Below, piece after piece: positions 49,361-58,383 of a stretch of DNA of 64,000 bases. A program made the translations under genes and the position numbers. A model generated the notes under the pieces. That model was not told the origin of the DNA. It did no database searches and was given only the letters and a program-made list of their open reading frames with translations. Source of the stretch: Armatimonadota bacterium (GTDB taxonomy: Bacteria > Armatimonadota > HRBIN16); contig OY781964.1 of NCBI GenBank assembly GCA_963677485.1, positions 416,001 through 480,000 of the forward strand. The letters run 5' to 3'. Every line of letters starts with the position of its first letter. Positions within the stretch are counted from its first letter, which is position 1.

Positions 49361-50731
49361 CTACCCAAACTGCGGCAGATACTGCGCCTGCACGGCCAGC
49401 AGATCATCCGCCAGCGCGTAAGCCTGCTGCACGGATTCCACCGCGCCGTCAAGGATCAGCGCCTGCACGAACTTCTCGCGGCTGCCTTCCAGAGCGGCCT
49501 CTACCACGGTCTCTACCCACAACATACGTGTGGCCAGGGAGCCGGCGATGCCCGAAGATAACGGCCGCTGTTGAATGGGTTCCAGGCCGTTTTTGCTGGC
49601 CACAGCCGGGCACTCCACCACAGATCCTAGCGGTAGGTTAGGAATCTGACCCGTGTTGGGCAGGTTCGCGGAGAACACGGTGCCAGAATCGGTACGGATG
49701 CTGTGTATGATGTCGATCACCTGTTCATGCTCCCCGCCGGTGCTGTCATGCATGGTCCGAGGCAGAGGCTCTGGAGATTCAGCGATGCGGCGCATCTCGG
49801 CGAATTCGGCGTCGCCATACGCGATGGTTTCCTGAAATGAGTAGGCCTCTACACCCAGCGTCACGCCGTAGTAGCTGCCCTTGCGGTGGAACATCGGCGC
49901 AAAAAACTCGGTAATATGCCGGTCCAGCACCGCCGGAAAGGCTCCAAACAGCTCGGTACACTGCCAGGTGAAGGGGTTATCCACTTTTGATAGATCGACA
50001 TTCTGCGCGGTGCCGGCCTCCGCGAAGCCGCTGCCCAGAGCACTCGGGTCGACACCAGCCGCCAACCGCTCATGTGCGATCGCCTTCAGGCGCGGCATGG
50101 CGTCCACGCCGTTGATGCTTACCTCGGTAAACCAGGTCAGGTGGTTCATGCCGATGGCGGTATACTGCATCTCATCAAGGGAGCAACCCAGCGTCTGGGC
50201 GATGTAATGTGACACATGGTTCACCCCATGGCACAGCCCGATCACCTTCACGTCGGTCGCTTTCCGTATCGCGCGGCAGATCGGCCCCATCGGGTTCGAA
50301 TAGTTGAGGAACAGCGCGTCCGGCGCCAGCTCAGCCGCATCTTGAGCGATGGCCACCATGGCCGGGATCATCCGCAGCGCGCGAGAGCTGCCGCCAGGCA
50401 TCACCGAGTCGCCCACAGGCTGGTAGATGCCGTGTTTGCGGGGCACGAACACGTCCTGCTCCCAAGCTTTGCGCCCCCCTACCCCCACCGTGCAGATGAT
50501 CGCGGTAGCACCCACAAACACATCTCGCCGGTCGGTGGACGCACGCAGGCTGATGGGAGCCTGTTCCGCGTCTATCAGCTTTCGGACGAACCCCTCGGCC
50601 ACAGCCAGTGAATCGGCGTTGGTATCCACGAGTGCCAGATCACAGGGCCGCCCCTGGCGGATGATGTCGGCAACCAATCCTCTGGTGAACGACACACTGC
50701 CGGCACCAACTAGTACGTAGCTTTCCCTCAT
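49361..50731 (-). CDS. Family 4 NAD+/Mn2+-dependent glycoside hydrolase (MelA-like)
   Basis: LVGAGSVSF, LNYSNP, IGLCHG, GMNHLTW, N.GQI.NLP...VVE.P. Confidence 0.9.
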   Translation of the reverse strand: MRESYVLVGAGSVSFTRGLVADIIRQGRPCDLALVDTNADSLAVAEGFVRKLIDAEQAPISLRASTDRRDVFVGATAIICTVGVGGRKAWEQDVFVPRKHGIYQPVGDSVMPGGSSRALRMIPAMVAIAQDAAELAPDALFLNYSNPMGPICRAIRKATDVKVIGLCHGVNHVSHYIAQTLGCSLDEMQYTAIGMNHLTWFTEVSINGVDAMPRLKAIAHERLAAGVDPSALGSGFAEAGTAQNVDLSKVDNPFTWQCTELFGAFPAVLDRHITEFFAPMFHRKGSYYGVTLGVEAYSFQETIAYGDAEFAEMRRIAESPEPLPRTMHDSTGGEHEQVIDIIHSIRTDSGTVFSANLPNTGQIPNLPLGSVVECPAVASKNGLEPIQQRPLSSGIAGSLATRMLWVETVVEAALEGSREKFVQALILDGAVESVQQAYALADDLLAVQAQYLPQFG

Positions 50732-50756
50732 TATGAAACCTCAATTCTGAAATGAT

Positions 50757-51836
50757 TTATCGGAGCTTTTTGTAGTAACCCAAGTAGTCTTGGTACCATT
50801 TGGCGGCATCGGCCCCCACTGATGGCTTGCAGAACTCGTAATATCCCCAGCAGACGATCCGCTCACAATACTCAGCAGCCAGCTCCAACTTCTGTATCAA
50901 TCGGTCGATCGGTACCGCGCGCCAGGGAAGGCCTGGAGCGGTGGAGTGATGGATCCGGCCGTAAAGCTTGATGTATTCGTCGATGCTGTCACAGACATAT
51001 TCTGCGGTCTCTACGTTGCCCCACAACTTGGTCTTGGTCTCATCGCAGGCCGCCTTCATTGCACTGAAAAACGGACGACGCTGATCCATGGTCACATACG
51101 AAAAGTGTTCCCCGCTGTCTTGAAGCATGATGATGTCAATACCGCTCTTTTTCAGCGTATCGCGCCAATGCGAGTAATATTCCTCCGGTTCGGCATACCG
51201 AAAGTCGCCAAACACCTTGTTCCGATCAAGAATAAAGAAAGGTGACAACGCCACTGGCAGCTTGGAGGCCTTCTTGCACAACTCCACGATGCCAGAATAC
51301 AGCGCGTTCTGATACACCTCGGCGTAACCCCAGCTCATATAGACCTCTTGAGGTATATACCAGGCATAAAACGCAGGGTGACCCCCGTATTTTGCTTGCA
51401 TCGCAGAGATATGTTTGCCGACCAGCTCCAGCTCGGGCTTCAGGTCGATGGTGGTATACCAGGACGGGCTCATGTTGACGTCCATGATCACTTGGACCCG
51501 CCGCTTAGCACACAGATCAAGAAGCTGCTTGATAGGATCACCGGGTGCATCAATCACCGTGGCGGTGTAGCTCAGCCAGATGAGGTTAAAGCCGATCACC
51601 CGCTGTTCCGTGAGCTCCGCCCGCAGGCGGTCTTCACTCCATGCGGCCAGATCGCCTCCGTTGATGCTCCACAGCGCACCTGAGATAGCGGGTTTGCATA
51701 TCAGTGACTTCTCTGCCGGTCGTTTGCCTGTTGATCCGGCATGACTGCAGGCTTGAATCCCAGTTGCGAGCACAGCTCCCATGGCAGTTTGCCCCATCAG
51801 ACGCAGCATTTCGCGACGATCTAGCTTTGAATGCAT
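50757..51836 (-). CDS. DUF4434-like glycoside hydrolase, Tat-exported lipoprotein
   Basis: DRREMLR twin-arginine motif, lipobox IQAC, YGGHPAFYAWYIPQE, SPFF, MLQDS, LWGNVET. Confidence 0.72.
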   Translation of the reverse strand: MHSKLDRREMLRLMGQTAMGAVLATGIQACSHAGSTGKRPAEKSLICKPAISGALWSINGGDLAAWSEDRLRAELTEQRVIGFNLIWLSYTATVIDAPGDPIKQLLDLCAKRRVQVIMDVNMSPSWYTTIDLKPELELVGKHISAMQAKYGGHPAFYAWYIPQEVYMSWGYAEVYQNALYSGIVELCKKASKLPVALSPFFILDRNKVFGDFRYAEPEEYYSHWRDTLKKSGIDIIMLQDSGEHFSYVTMDQRRPFFSAMKAACDETKTKLWGNVETAEYVCDSIDEYIKLYGRIHHSTAPGLPWRAVPIDRLIQKLELAAEYCERIVCWGYYEFCKPSVGADAAKWYQDYLGYYKKLR

Positions 51837-52035
51837 CTCTACCTCAGGCACGCAAACATACGAATAATATCATTTTAATCGCTGAAATTCTGCGCGTATA
51901 GATAGAGTATACATACAGATTTAGCGTAAGTTAAGGGCCCGCAACGTTCGGCTATTGAAGTGTGGCGATATGCAGGCTATGATGTATTCGTCAGCCAATT
52001 CTACCAGTAATATATGTCTACATAGAGGTGTCATC

Positions 52036-53295
52036 ATGGCAAGATCAACAACAGCTCCTATCCTTGCGATATCAGGCGGCCAGCCAGCCGTCACCATGCC
52101 GGTTCCCGCATGGCCCCAGATCGGCGAACAGGAGCTTCCCTGGATGGCGGAAGTGGTGAAGAGCGGCAACTGGAGCTGGTTTGGACAGCACGAGCAGGCT
52201 TTTTGTCAGGAATACGCCGCCTTCATCGGCACCGAGCACTGCATCTGTCTGGCCAATGGCACGGTGACCATCCAGTGCGCTCTGCAGGCGGTTGGCGTGG
52301 TGCCGGGCGATGAGGTGATCGTGCCAGGACTGACCTGGGTGGCCACGGCACAAGCGGCCATGGATATCGGGGCCAATGTGGTGCTGGTCGACATCGAACC
52401 TGAGACGCTCTGCATCGATCCTGCCGCCATCGAAGCTGCGATCACCCCGAAGACCAAAGCCATCGTGCCGGTGTATCTCTACGGATGCATGTGCGACATG
52501 GACGCCATCATGGAGATCGCAACACGACACAACCTCAAAGTCGTGGAGGATGTGGCACACCAGCATGGCAGCCGCTGGCGCGACAAAGGCGCAGGCTCCA
52601 TAGGCCACGCCGGCAGTTTTTCCTTCCAGCAATCCAAGGTTCTGACCTGCGGCGAAGGCGGGGCCGTCACCTGCAACGATGACGAAGTCTACCGCACGGT
52701 CTTTTGCCTGAAGCAGGTCGGATGGTCGCCAGACTGGCAGCCCGGCGGGCATTATGGGCACAACTACCGCATCACGGAGATGCAGTGCGTGCTGCTGCGT
52801 GGCGGTCTGAGCAGGCTTGAGAAGCAGACCGCCATCCGCGATGAGAACGCGCAGTTCGTAGCTGCGGAGCTGAGCCGAATTGGTGGGCCGCTTCGCGCTG
52901 CCAAGCGTGACCCCAGGGTGACGCGCCAGGCCTACTATGCCCAAACACTGCATTTCGACCCAGCACAAGCGGGTATCAATCGTGAGCAGTATGCAGCCGC
53001 ACTGAGTGCAGAGGGCATCGGGCTACATACACCCTACCCGCCCGTGTATCGGAGCGGGCTGCTGAACCTGTATGACAGCACCAGCCCTATCCCCTTCCGC
53101 GACCCAGCCAGCGTGCAGGACTACGCGAATCTCTGCCTGCCGAATGTGGAGCGTGCGGTCAACGAAACGGCGTTGCTGCTCTTCAACACCTCCCTTCTTG
53201 GCAACAAGACGTATATTAACCAAATCATCGCAGCCATACAGAAGGTCAACGAGCATCTCCCTGAGTTGAAACAGCACTTCGAATCTGAGCCATAG
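52036..53295 (+). CDS. DegT/DnrJ PLP aminotransferase, BtrR/RifK-like
   Basis: PAWPQ, PGLTWVATA, EDVAHQHG, SFQQSKVLTCGEGG (PLP lysine), VTRQAYY; GAGGTG RBS before ATG 52036. Confidence 0.88.
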   Translation: MARSTTAPILAISGGQPAVTMPVPAWPQIGEQELPWMAEVVKSGNWSWFGQHEQAFCQEYAAFIGTEHCICLANGTVTIQCALQAVGVVPGDEVIVPGLTWVATAQAAMDIGANVVLVDIEPETLCIDPAAIEAAITPKTKAIVPVYLYGCMCDMDAIMEIATRHNLKVVEDVAHQHGSRWRDKGAGSIGHAGSFSFQQSKVLTCGEGGAVTCNDDEVYRTVFCLKQVGWSPDWQPGGHYGHNYRITEMQCVLLRGGLSRLEKQTAIRDENAQFVAAELSRIGGPLRAAKRDPRVTRQAYYAQTLHFDPAQAGINREQYAAALSAEGIGLHTPYPPVYRSGLLNLYDSTSPIPFRDPASVQDYANLCLPNVERAVNETALLLFNTSLLGNKTYINQIIAAIQKVNEHLPELKQHFESEP

Positions 53296-53297
53296 GT

Positions 53298-54635
53298 ATG
53301 AGAGCAGGCTTCGGCAAAACAGACATCACCCCGCGGGTGGGTGTGGAGCTATGCGGCTTCGGGCCGTTTCTGCAGCGTCGGTCGGTGGGGGTACGCGACC
53401 GGCTGTGGGCAAAGGCAGTGGCCATAGAGCACTCAGGCAGCACGATTGTAATCGTAAGCTGCGACCTGATCGGGTTAGCACTACACACAATACCGCAGGT
53501 TCGGGAGCTGGTTCAAGAAGCCACTGGCCTGTCTACGGATTCGATCATGGTCCACTGCACGCACACCCACAGCGGACCATGCACCGCCCTATACACCGGT
53601 TGGGGTGAACGGGACAATCCGTATAACGAGATCCTGCCCAGCCGCATCGCCGATGCCTGTATTCAAGCACTCGGTAAGCTGACAGAGGCTACCATCTCAT
53701 ACGCAGAAGTGCCCTGCGAAGGAATTGGGCTGAACCGCGAGTATGACCGTGATAGCCCACCTCTCGAGGATGTTCTGAGAGACGACTGGCGACCAGCCAA
53801 ACCGGAGTTGACGGATACCAAATGCCATGTGCTGACCATACATAGCACCGATGGGCAGATGCTGGGCTTCATGAGCTATTTTGGTTGTCATCCGGTGGTC
53901 TGCTGTGAGGTGACCAGGTATATCCATGGCGATTTTGTAGGCGTCGCGACGAATATGTTGGAGCGCGAAACCCCAGGATCGATAGGCCTGTTCTTACAAG
54001 GTGCCCAGGGTGATATCAACTCCTGTGTGGTTCATAAGCCAGAGAAAGAGGCACTGCTGGCCTTGGATGTGATCGCGGCACGATATGCTCGTGCGGTACG
54101 CCAGGGTCTCTGCGATGCCAAGCCTATCAAAGTCGATGCCCTCAAGAGTTCGCATCGGATGGTGAACTTCACCCGAAAGAACCTCAGCATTGGCGACCTG
54201 CGCCAGGCACTAGACCCCGAAGAGGTGGTGATCAATACACCCGGTGCCAGCGATGATTCATCGGAGGTGCGAATGGCCGTGGTGAAGGCCGTTGCGATTC
54301 GGAAGCGTATAGCCATGATGGAGGCCGGGGTACCCACAAGCCAGCCCGTGGAGCTGCACGGGATCCGACTGGGGCCGATCTCGCTGCTCTGTTCTCCTCT
54401 GGAGATATTCCAAGCCATCAAGAACGAGGTCATCGCCAAGGCGACGTCCGTGGTGCCGCTGGTCGTGGGCATCTCAAACGGCGACATCGGGTATGCGCCT
54501 GATCGAGTCACCGCCGCCAAAGGCGGGTACGCAGCCGATATGGTGCCCATCATCGTGGGCGAGTTCCCATTTCAGGACATCCACACAGAACTGGTGCAGG
54601 AGCTGCTGGATCTGGAGAAAGAGCTTCTGGCTTAG
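53298..54635 (+). CDS. Neutral/alkaline ceramidase-like amidohydrolase
   Basis: AGFGKTDITP, DRLWAKA, CTHTHSGP, FGCHP, FLQGAQGDIN. Confidence 0.8.
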   Translation: MRAGFGKTDITPRVGVELCGFGPFLQRRSVGVRDRLWAKAVAIEHSGSTIVIVSCDLIGLALHTIPQVRELVQEATGLSTDSIMVHCTHTHSGPCTALYTGWGERDNPYNEILPSRIADACIQALGKLTEATISYAEVPCEGIGLNREYDRDSPPLEDVLRDDWRPAKPELTDTKCHVLTIHSTDGQMLGFMSYFGCHPVVCCEVTRYIHGDFVGVATNMLERETPGSIGLFLQGAQGDINSCVVHKPEKEALLALDVIAARYARAVRQGLCDAKPIKVDALKSSHRMVNFTRKNLSIGDLRQALDPEEVVINTPGASDDSSEVRMAVVKAVAIRKRIAMMEAGVPTSQPVELHGIRLGPISLLCSPLEIFQAIKNEVIAKATSVVPLVVGISNGDIGYAPDRVTAAKGGYAADMVPIIVGEFPFQDIHTELVQELLDLEKELLA

Positions 54636-54656
54636 GCCAATTCATACCAGATGCTC

Positions 54657-54838
54657 AGCCCCGCGCCTTAAAGGACGCGGCTTATTACACCGGTAGATAA
54701 TCGGTATATGGCCTCCGATTCCGCGACATCAATGTCGCGGCTGTTGATCAACAAGCCTGCTGAAGCAGTCTGGATGCGACCACCATATATCAGCCGTACA
54801 CTGACAGGGCGAAGCCCTGAGCCTGCTTCAGCAGGCTT
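54657..54838. repeat. REP cluster between convergent genes
   Basis: CCGCGCCTTAAAGGACGCGG, CCGCGACATCAATGTCGCGG, AAGCCTGCTGAAGCAGTCT / AGCCTGCTTCAGCAGGCTT, CAGGGCGAAGCCCTG. Confidence 0.75.
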
Positions 54839-54952
54839 GGCAGGTCAATAGCCATGTGCTTTAGCGCGTGGCGTGGCGGAATGTATGGATTTTTACCGCA
54901 CGACCTCAATCTATATTTGTGGGTAATCAACTGCTGATCATCACCGGAAACA

Positions 54953-57445
54953 TCACAGAGCCGCAACGCCGGCATCCTTCAGCAGCTTCACCCGAAGCTC
55001 CATGATTAGCGGCTTCTCGAGCGTGGCGAGCCGTGAGGGCACGGTAAACGCGATGTCAAGGATGTGCCCATACCCATGTGGATATTCGTAGCGGTCATAG
55101 TCATAACCGACACTCACGCCTTGAGCAAGGTCAAACTCCAGCAACAGCCCTTCTGCACGGGTGCTGCTGGCGATGATTATCCGCCCGGTGGCCTCCAACA
55201 GATCGAACCCGCCATAAGCATACCAGAAACTGCCCAGACCTTCACCCAGCGTCTGATGTGTCCACAATCCGCCCCGCCTTTCAATATGCACCACCGGCGA
55301 GTCGCCAAACGCTGCGGGCAGCATATCCAGCATCAGCGAGGAACGCAATGAGGCAGGAGAACCGTCGGAACGGCTAGCATCCAGACGCATCACACACCAC
55401 CCGTCACTCACCCTGACGTTCTTACAAACCTTCTGTTTTGGTGTGACGGCTTCGAGTTGGAGCTGCTTCGTTGCAAACTGAGTCGCCTTGTAGCCAGAAA
55501 CATAGTCGTCATTGACTATGTCACGCCAGGCGCAGTGTAACGGGTAGCTGCCGATGGTGATCATCCAGACGTCCTTCAGCGGCTTGAAGTCCGACCCCGC
55601 CAGGCGCAGATCGAACAGGTTGCCACCGACATCAGGCACCACCACCACTCTAGTCGCGGTATCCTGAAGCTGACAGGCTTTCCAGTCAACGCCCATCTTG
55701 TCGATCGCCAGCGACTGCGGGTTCAAGCGTACGCCCTCACGAAGCCCGTTGATGCCGTGCTCCACCATGATCCGCTTCGCCTCTTTGGCGTAGCGGTTGC
55801 GTAGTGTGCCGTCACTCATCGGCACCGCCCAAGTGCCTTTCTTGGCATCATACCGCCCTGCGCCGGTGAAGCCGCACCATACATCCGCCCATAAATACGC
55901 CAGCCAGAATAGCTCCAGCCGGCTGCGAGTGTCGGGCTCCTTGATAGCGTCCCTGGCCTTCTCCAGAGCGAGGTTAGCCTCGCGAACGTGCTGAGGCGAA
56001 ACATACTCGGGGGCCACCAAACCGCGATCAGCGGCCTTATTAACGTACGGATGTCCCGAGGCCACCTGGAGGTCTCGCTCCAGAACCTTCATCACGACTG
56101 CAGCTGCTGCCCCATAGTTGTCGCGCACGAACTCCTCGACTAATCGGTGAAAATCCAGACTGGGGTTCCACATCATACGTGAGTAAACCCAGGCGCGCAA
56201 ATCCATTGCCTCTGAACCGAAGGAACCACCGAACCCCGACACCTGCATGAACAGGTCGTTGCAGCCCAGCCGATGCGCCCACTGGATGTTTCTGCCGAAG
56301 GCATACAGGCACGGGGTGGGATACCAGTACTGCTCCGGCGGGTAGGCATACAGATACACCGCCACATTACGGCATATTCGCTTCCAGCCCTCCACCTGCT
56401 TGCACAGCGCGCGTGCCTCGGTGCTGGTGGCGAACGGCTTGAAGTAATTGGTCATAGCGCAGAACAGCACCACCACATTATCTCTGGCCCGCATGTTTTT
56501 AGGGGGCTCGATGGACCACGCATATGCCAGTGTTTTGACCATCCGGTTCGGGGACTCCGCAGCCAATGCGTCGGCCAGCTCATTCGCGAGTTGGATCACC
56601 AGCGAGGAAGGTACCCCGCCGTGAGCATCGTAGAAGGCCTGACATTTCGGGCAGGTGCAATATGGGCTGCCGTCGTTGAACCCCACCCAGATGGTGCTCA
56701 GCTCAGGATGCTGCCGGGCATACTCCAACCCTCTCTGCACGAGGTAAGCCCGCACATCTGGCTGCAGGCACAGGCCCCAGTTAGTGTTACCCGCAGGCGG
56801 TTGACGGTTACCATCGACCTCTGCGCACCACTCGGGATGCGCTTGTAACTGCTCCACAGGCATCTGCCGCCAGAAGGTGTGCATGTCTGGGCCTTCGGCA
56901 ACTCCGCCGCCGTAGGCCTCACCGGAGTGCCTCCACAACGCGATCGAACTCAAGCGGTTTCTGGCGCTCCACTCCGCCTCGCCACCATTGCCCACCAGGA
57001 TGCTGCGGCCACGAACAGACGGCTTGTAGCGGTAGCGGGCTGGCATACTAATGCGGTTGGTATGGGGCACTTTGGTGTAGTCGGGGCTGTAGAAGCGCAC
57101 GCCAAGTTGATGCAGCCACTCGTAGACCGCATACAGCGTGCCACGAGGCGATCCGCCGGCCAGCAGCAGCACATCACCCGAGCTCCAGATCAATATCTCG
57201 TCGCCAGCCAGCCTCCCAAACCGCTCGCGTTTCAGCGAGTCGGGCAGCCGACCGTTGAAGCCCACCGCGACCATTGGGCCGGAGACATATTCGGTCACGT
57301 TGATGGTGTCCACAGACACACCCGCCAGCAGCTCTAGATGCTTCGCCAACTCCGTCGCAGTGGTGAGCTCCGCGGGCTGCGGATGTTCCGGCAGCACGAT
57401 CACCGCATGGGCGGTACCACGTGATATCAGCTCAAGCATGCTCAT
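54953..57445 (-). CDS. DUF4838-domain protein (GH67/GH115 N-terminal-like domain plus TIM barrel)
   Basis: LAGGSPRGTLYAVYEWLHQLGVRF, HPEW, LCL, ND..YC.C..C, LAY...EPP, MMWNP. ATG 57445 overlaps the end of aac(3). Confidence 0.75.
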   Translation of the reverse strand: MSMLELISRGTAHAVIVLPEHPQPAELTTATELAKHLELLAGVSVDTINVTEYVSGPMVAVGFNGRLPDSLKRERFGRLAGDEILIWSSGDVLLLAGGSPRGTLYAVYEWLHQLGVRFYSPDYTKVPHTNRISMPARYRYKPSVRGRSILVGNGGEAEWSARNRLSSIALWRHSGEAYGGGVAEGPDMHTFWRQMPVEQLQAHPEWCAEVDGNRQPPAGNTNWGLCLQPDVRAYLVQRGLEYARQHPELSTIWVGFNDGSPYCTCPKCQAFYDAHGGVPSSLVIQLANELADALAAESPNRMVKTLAYAWSIEPPKNMRARDNVVVLFCAMTNYFKPFATSTEARALCKQVEGWKRICRNVAVYLYAYPPEQYWYPTPCLYAFGRNIQWAHRLGCNDLFMQVSGFGGSFGSEAMDLRAWVYSRMMWNPSLDFHRLVEEFVRDNYGAAAAVVMKVLERDLQVASGHPYVNKAADRGLVAPEYVSPQHVREANLALEKARDAIKEPDTRSRLELFWLAYLWADVWCGFTGAGRYDAKKGTWAVPMSDGTLRNRYAKEAKRIMVEHGINGLREGVRLNPQSLAIDKMGVDWKACQLQDTATRVVVVPDVGGNLFDLRLAGSDFKPLKDVWMITIGSYPLHCAWRDIVNDDYVSGYKATQFATKQLQLEAVTPKQKVCKNVRVSDGWCVMRLDASRSDGSPASLRSSLMLDMLPAAFGDSPVVHIERRGGLWTHQTLGEGLGSFWYAYGGFDLLEATGRIIIASSTRAEGLLLEFDLAQGVSVGYDYDRYEYPHGYGHILDIAFTVPSRLATLEKPLIMELRVKLLKDAGVAAL

Positions 57446-58223
57446 TGAGCCATCGTTCCCTCTCAGCCGTGTCCAGAGTGGCCAGCGGGTCAGCCAGCAA
57501 AGCGCGTACCAGCAGGCGGCGTAAATCCGCAGCATCGACGATGCGCACCGACGCCTCACCTAATCGTCCGATACGGCAGATGCCTTGCCGCAGCATCTCC
57601 GGTTCGAAGGCATCGTAGTCGCGCGAGTAGTGCCACTTGTGCAGAGCGGTGTGGGCCATAGTTAGCTGGCGGCCGTGCATGTCCGTCATCGTGATCTCCA
57701 TTGTTTTGTCTTGCAGCACGATCGGCGCACCAGAAACCTCTTCGGCGTGATGGTAGCTGGTGTTGCACTGCTGCGTGACGCCGATGAGCAGTATCTTGCC
57801 ACCCACTGAGGCCAGTTTGTCATACGGCGAGCCATACCCGCAGGGGGTGCGTACCAACTCGTGGTCTGAGGTGAACCATGAGGCATACCGCCCGAACGCC
57901 ACCACCGAATGCGTGGGGTGCAGGCTGCGGACGGCATCCGGCCTGAGGCGTGCCGTCTCCGGAATTTTGCCTGTCCAGCAGGGGCTGTTTCGGGCATCAA
58001 AGTGGGGCGGCGTCTCCGGTGAGTCGGTCACAGCACCGGTCAGCGTGGGAAACAGCACCGTGCCCTCTTGGCCGACGGACTGTAGCAGGGCATCGATGAC
58101 CGCATCAGCACCGCCTTCCACCCAGCCGATCGAGGAGAGTGAGGAGTGGACAAGCAGCTGGTCACCACGCTCTAGGCCGAGATCGGCCAGTTGGTTAGCC
58201 AGCATTTCAGTATTTACATCCAT
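57432..58223 (-). CDS. AAC(3)/YokD-family N-acetyltransferase (Antibiotic_NAT)
   Basis: LLVHSSLSSIGWVEGGA, GTVLFPT, G.IPE, RSLHPTHS, NTSYHHAE. Confidence 0.88.
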   Translation of the reverse strand: MDVNTEMLANQLADLGLERGDQLLVHSSLSSIGWVEGGADAVIDALLQSVGQEGTVLFPTLTGAVTDSPETPPHFDARNSPCWTGKIPETARLRPDAVRSLHPTHSVVAFGRYASWFTSDHELVRTPCGYGSPYDKLASVGGKILLIGVTQQCNTSYHHAEEVSGAPIVLQDKTMEITMTDMHGRQLTMAHTALHKWHYSRDYDAFEPEMLRQGICRIGRLGEASVRIVDAADLRRLLVRALLADPLATLDTAERERWLNEHA

Positions 58224-58229
58224 GGGAAT

Positions 58230-58238
58230 ATCATATCA
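58230..58238 (-). promoter_or_regulatory. Extended -10 promoter, probably leaderless aac(3) mRNA
   Basis: TGATATGAT ends 6 nt before the ATG; no SD sequence. Confidence 0.55.
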
Positions 58239-58383
58239 CAGGAAGAATCACCGGCCGTAATTTAAACATAATACGGCGTACCAGCCTGCCCCGATAACAA
58301 CACGGCGATGGCAAAGGTCAGAATCCATGAAATCTTTGAGGATATCATCTTCAGCTTCCCTTCGTCATCGCCGTCAGTTATAT

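Noticed and set aside
51955-58223. Aminoglycoside or AHBA biosynthetic gene cluster
   Set aside because: No 2-deoxy-scyllo-inosose synthase, glycosyltransferases or RifL/M/N partners; neighbours are hydrolases.
58290-58383. attC-like hairpin (ATATAAC...GTTATCG on the minus strand) next to aac(3), suggesting an integron cassette
   Set aside because: No proper L boxes or 5-6-nt spacers, single copy, no integrase; more likely an ordinary 3' stem-loop of the UroD-like gene.
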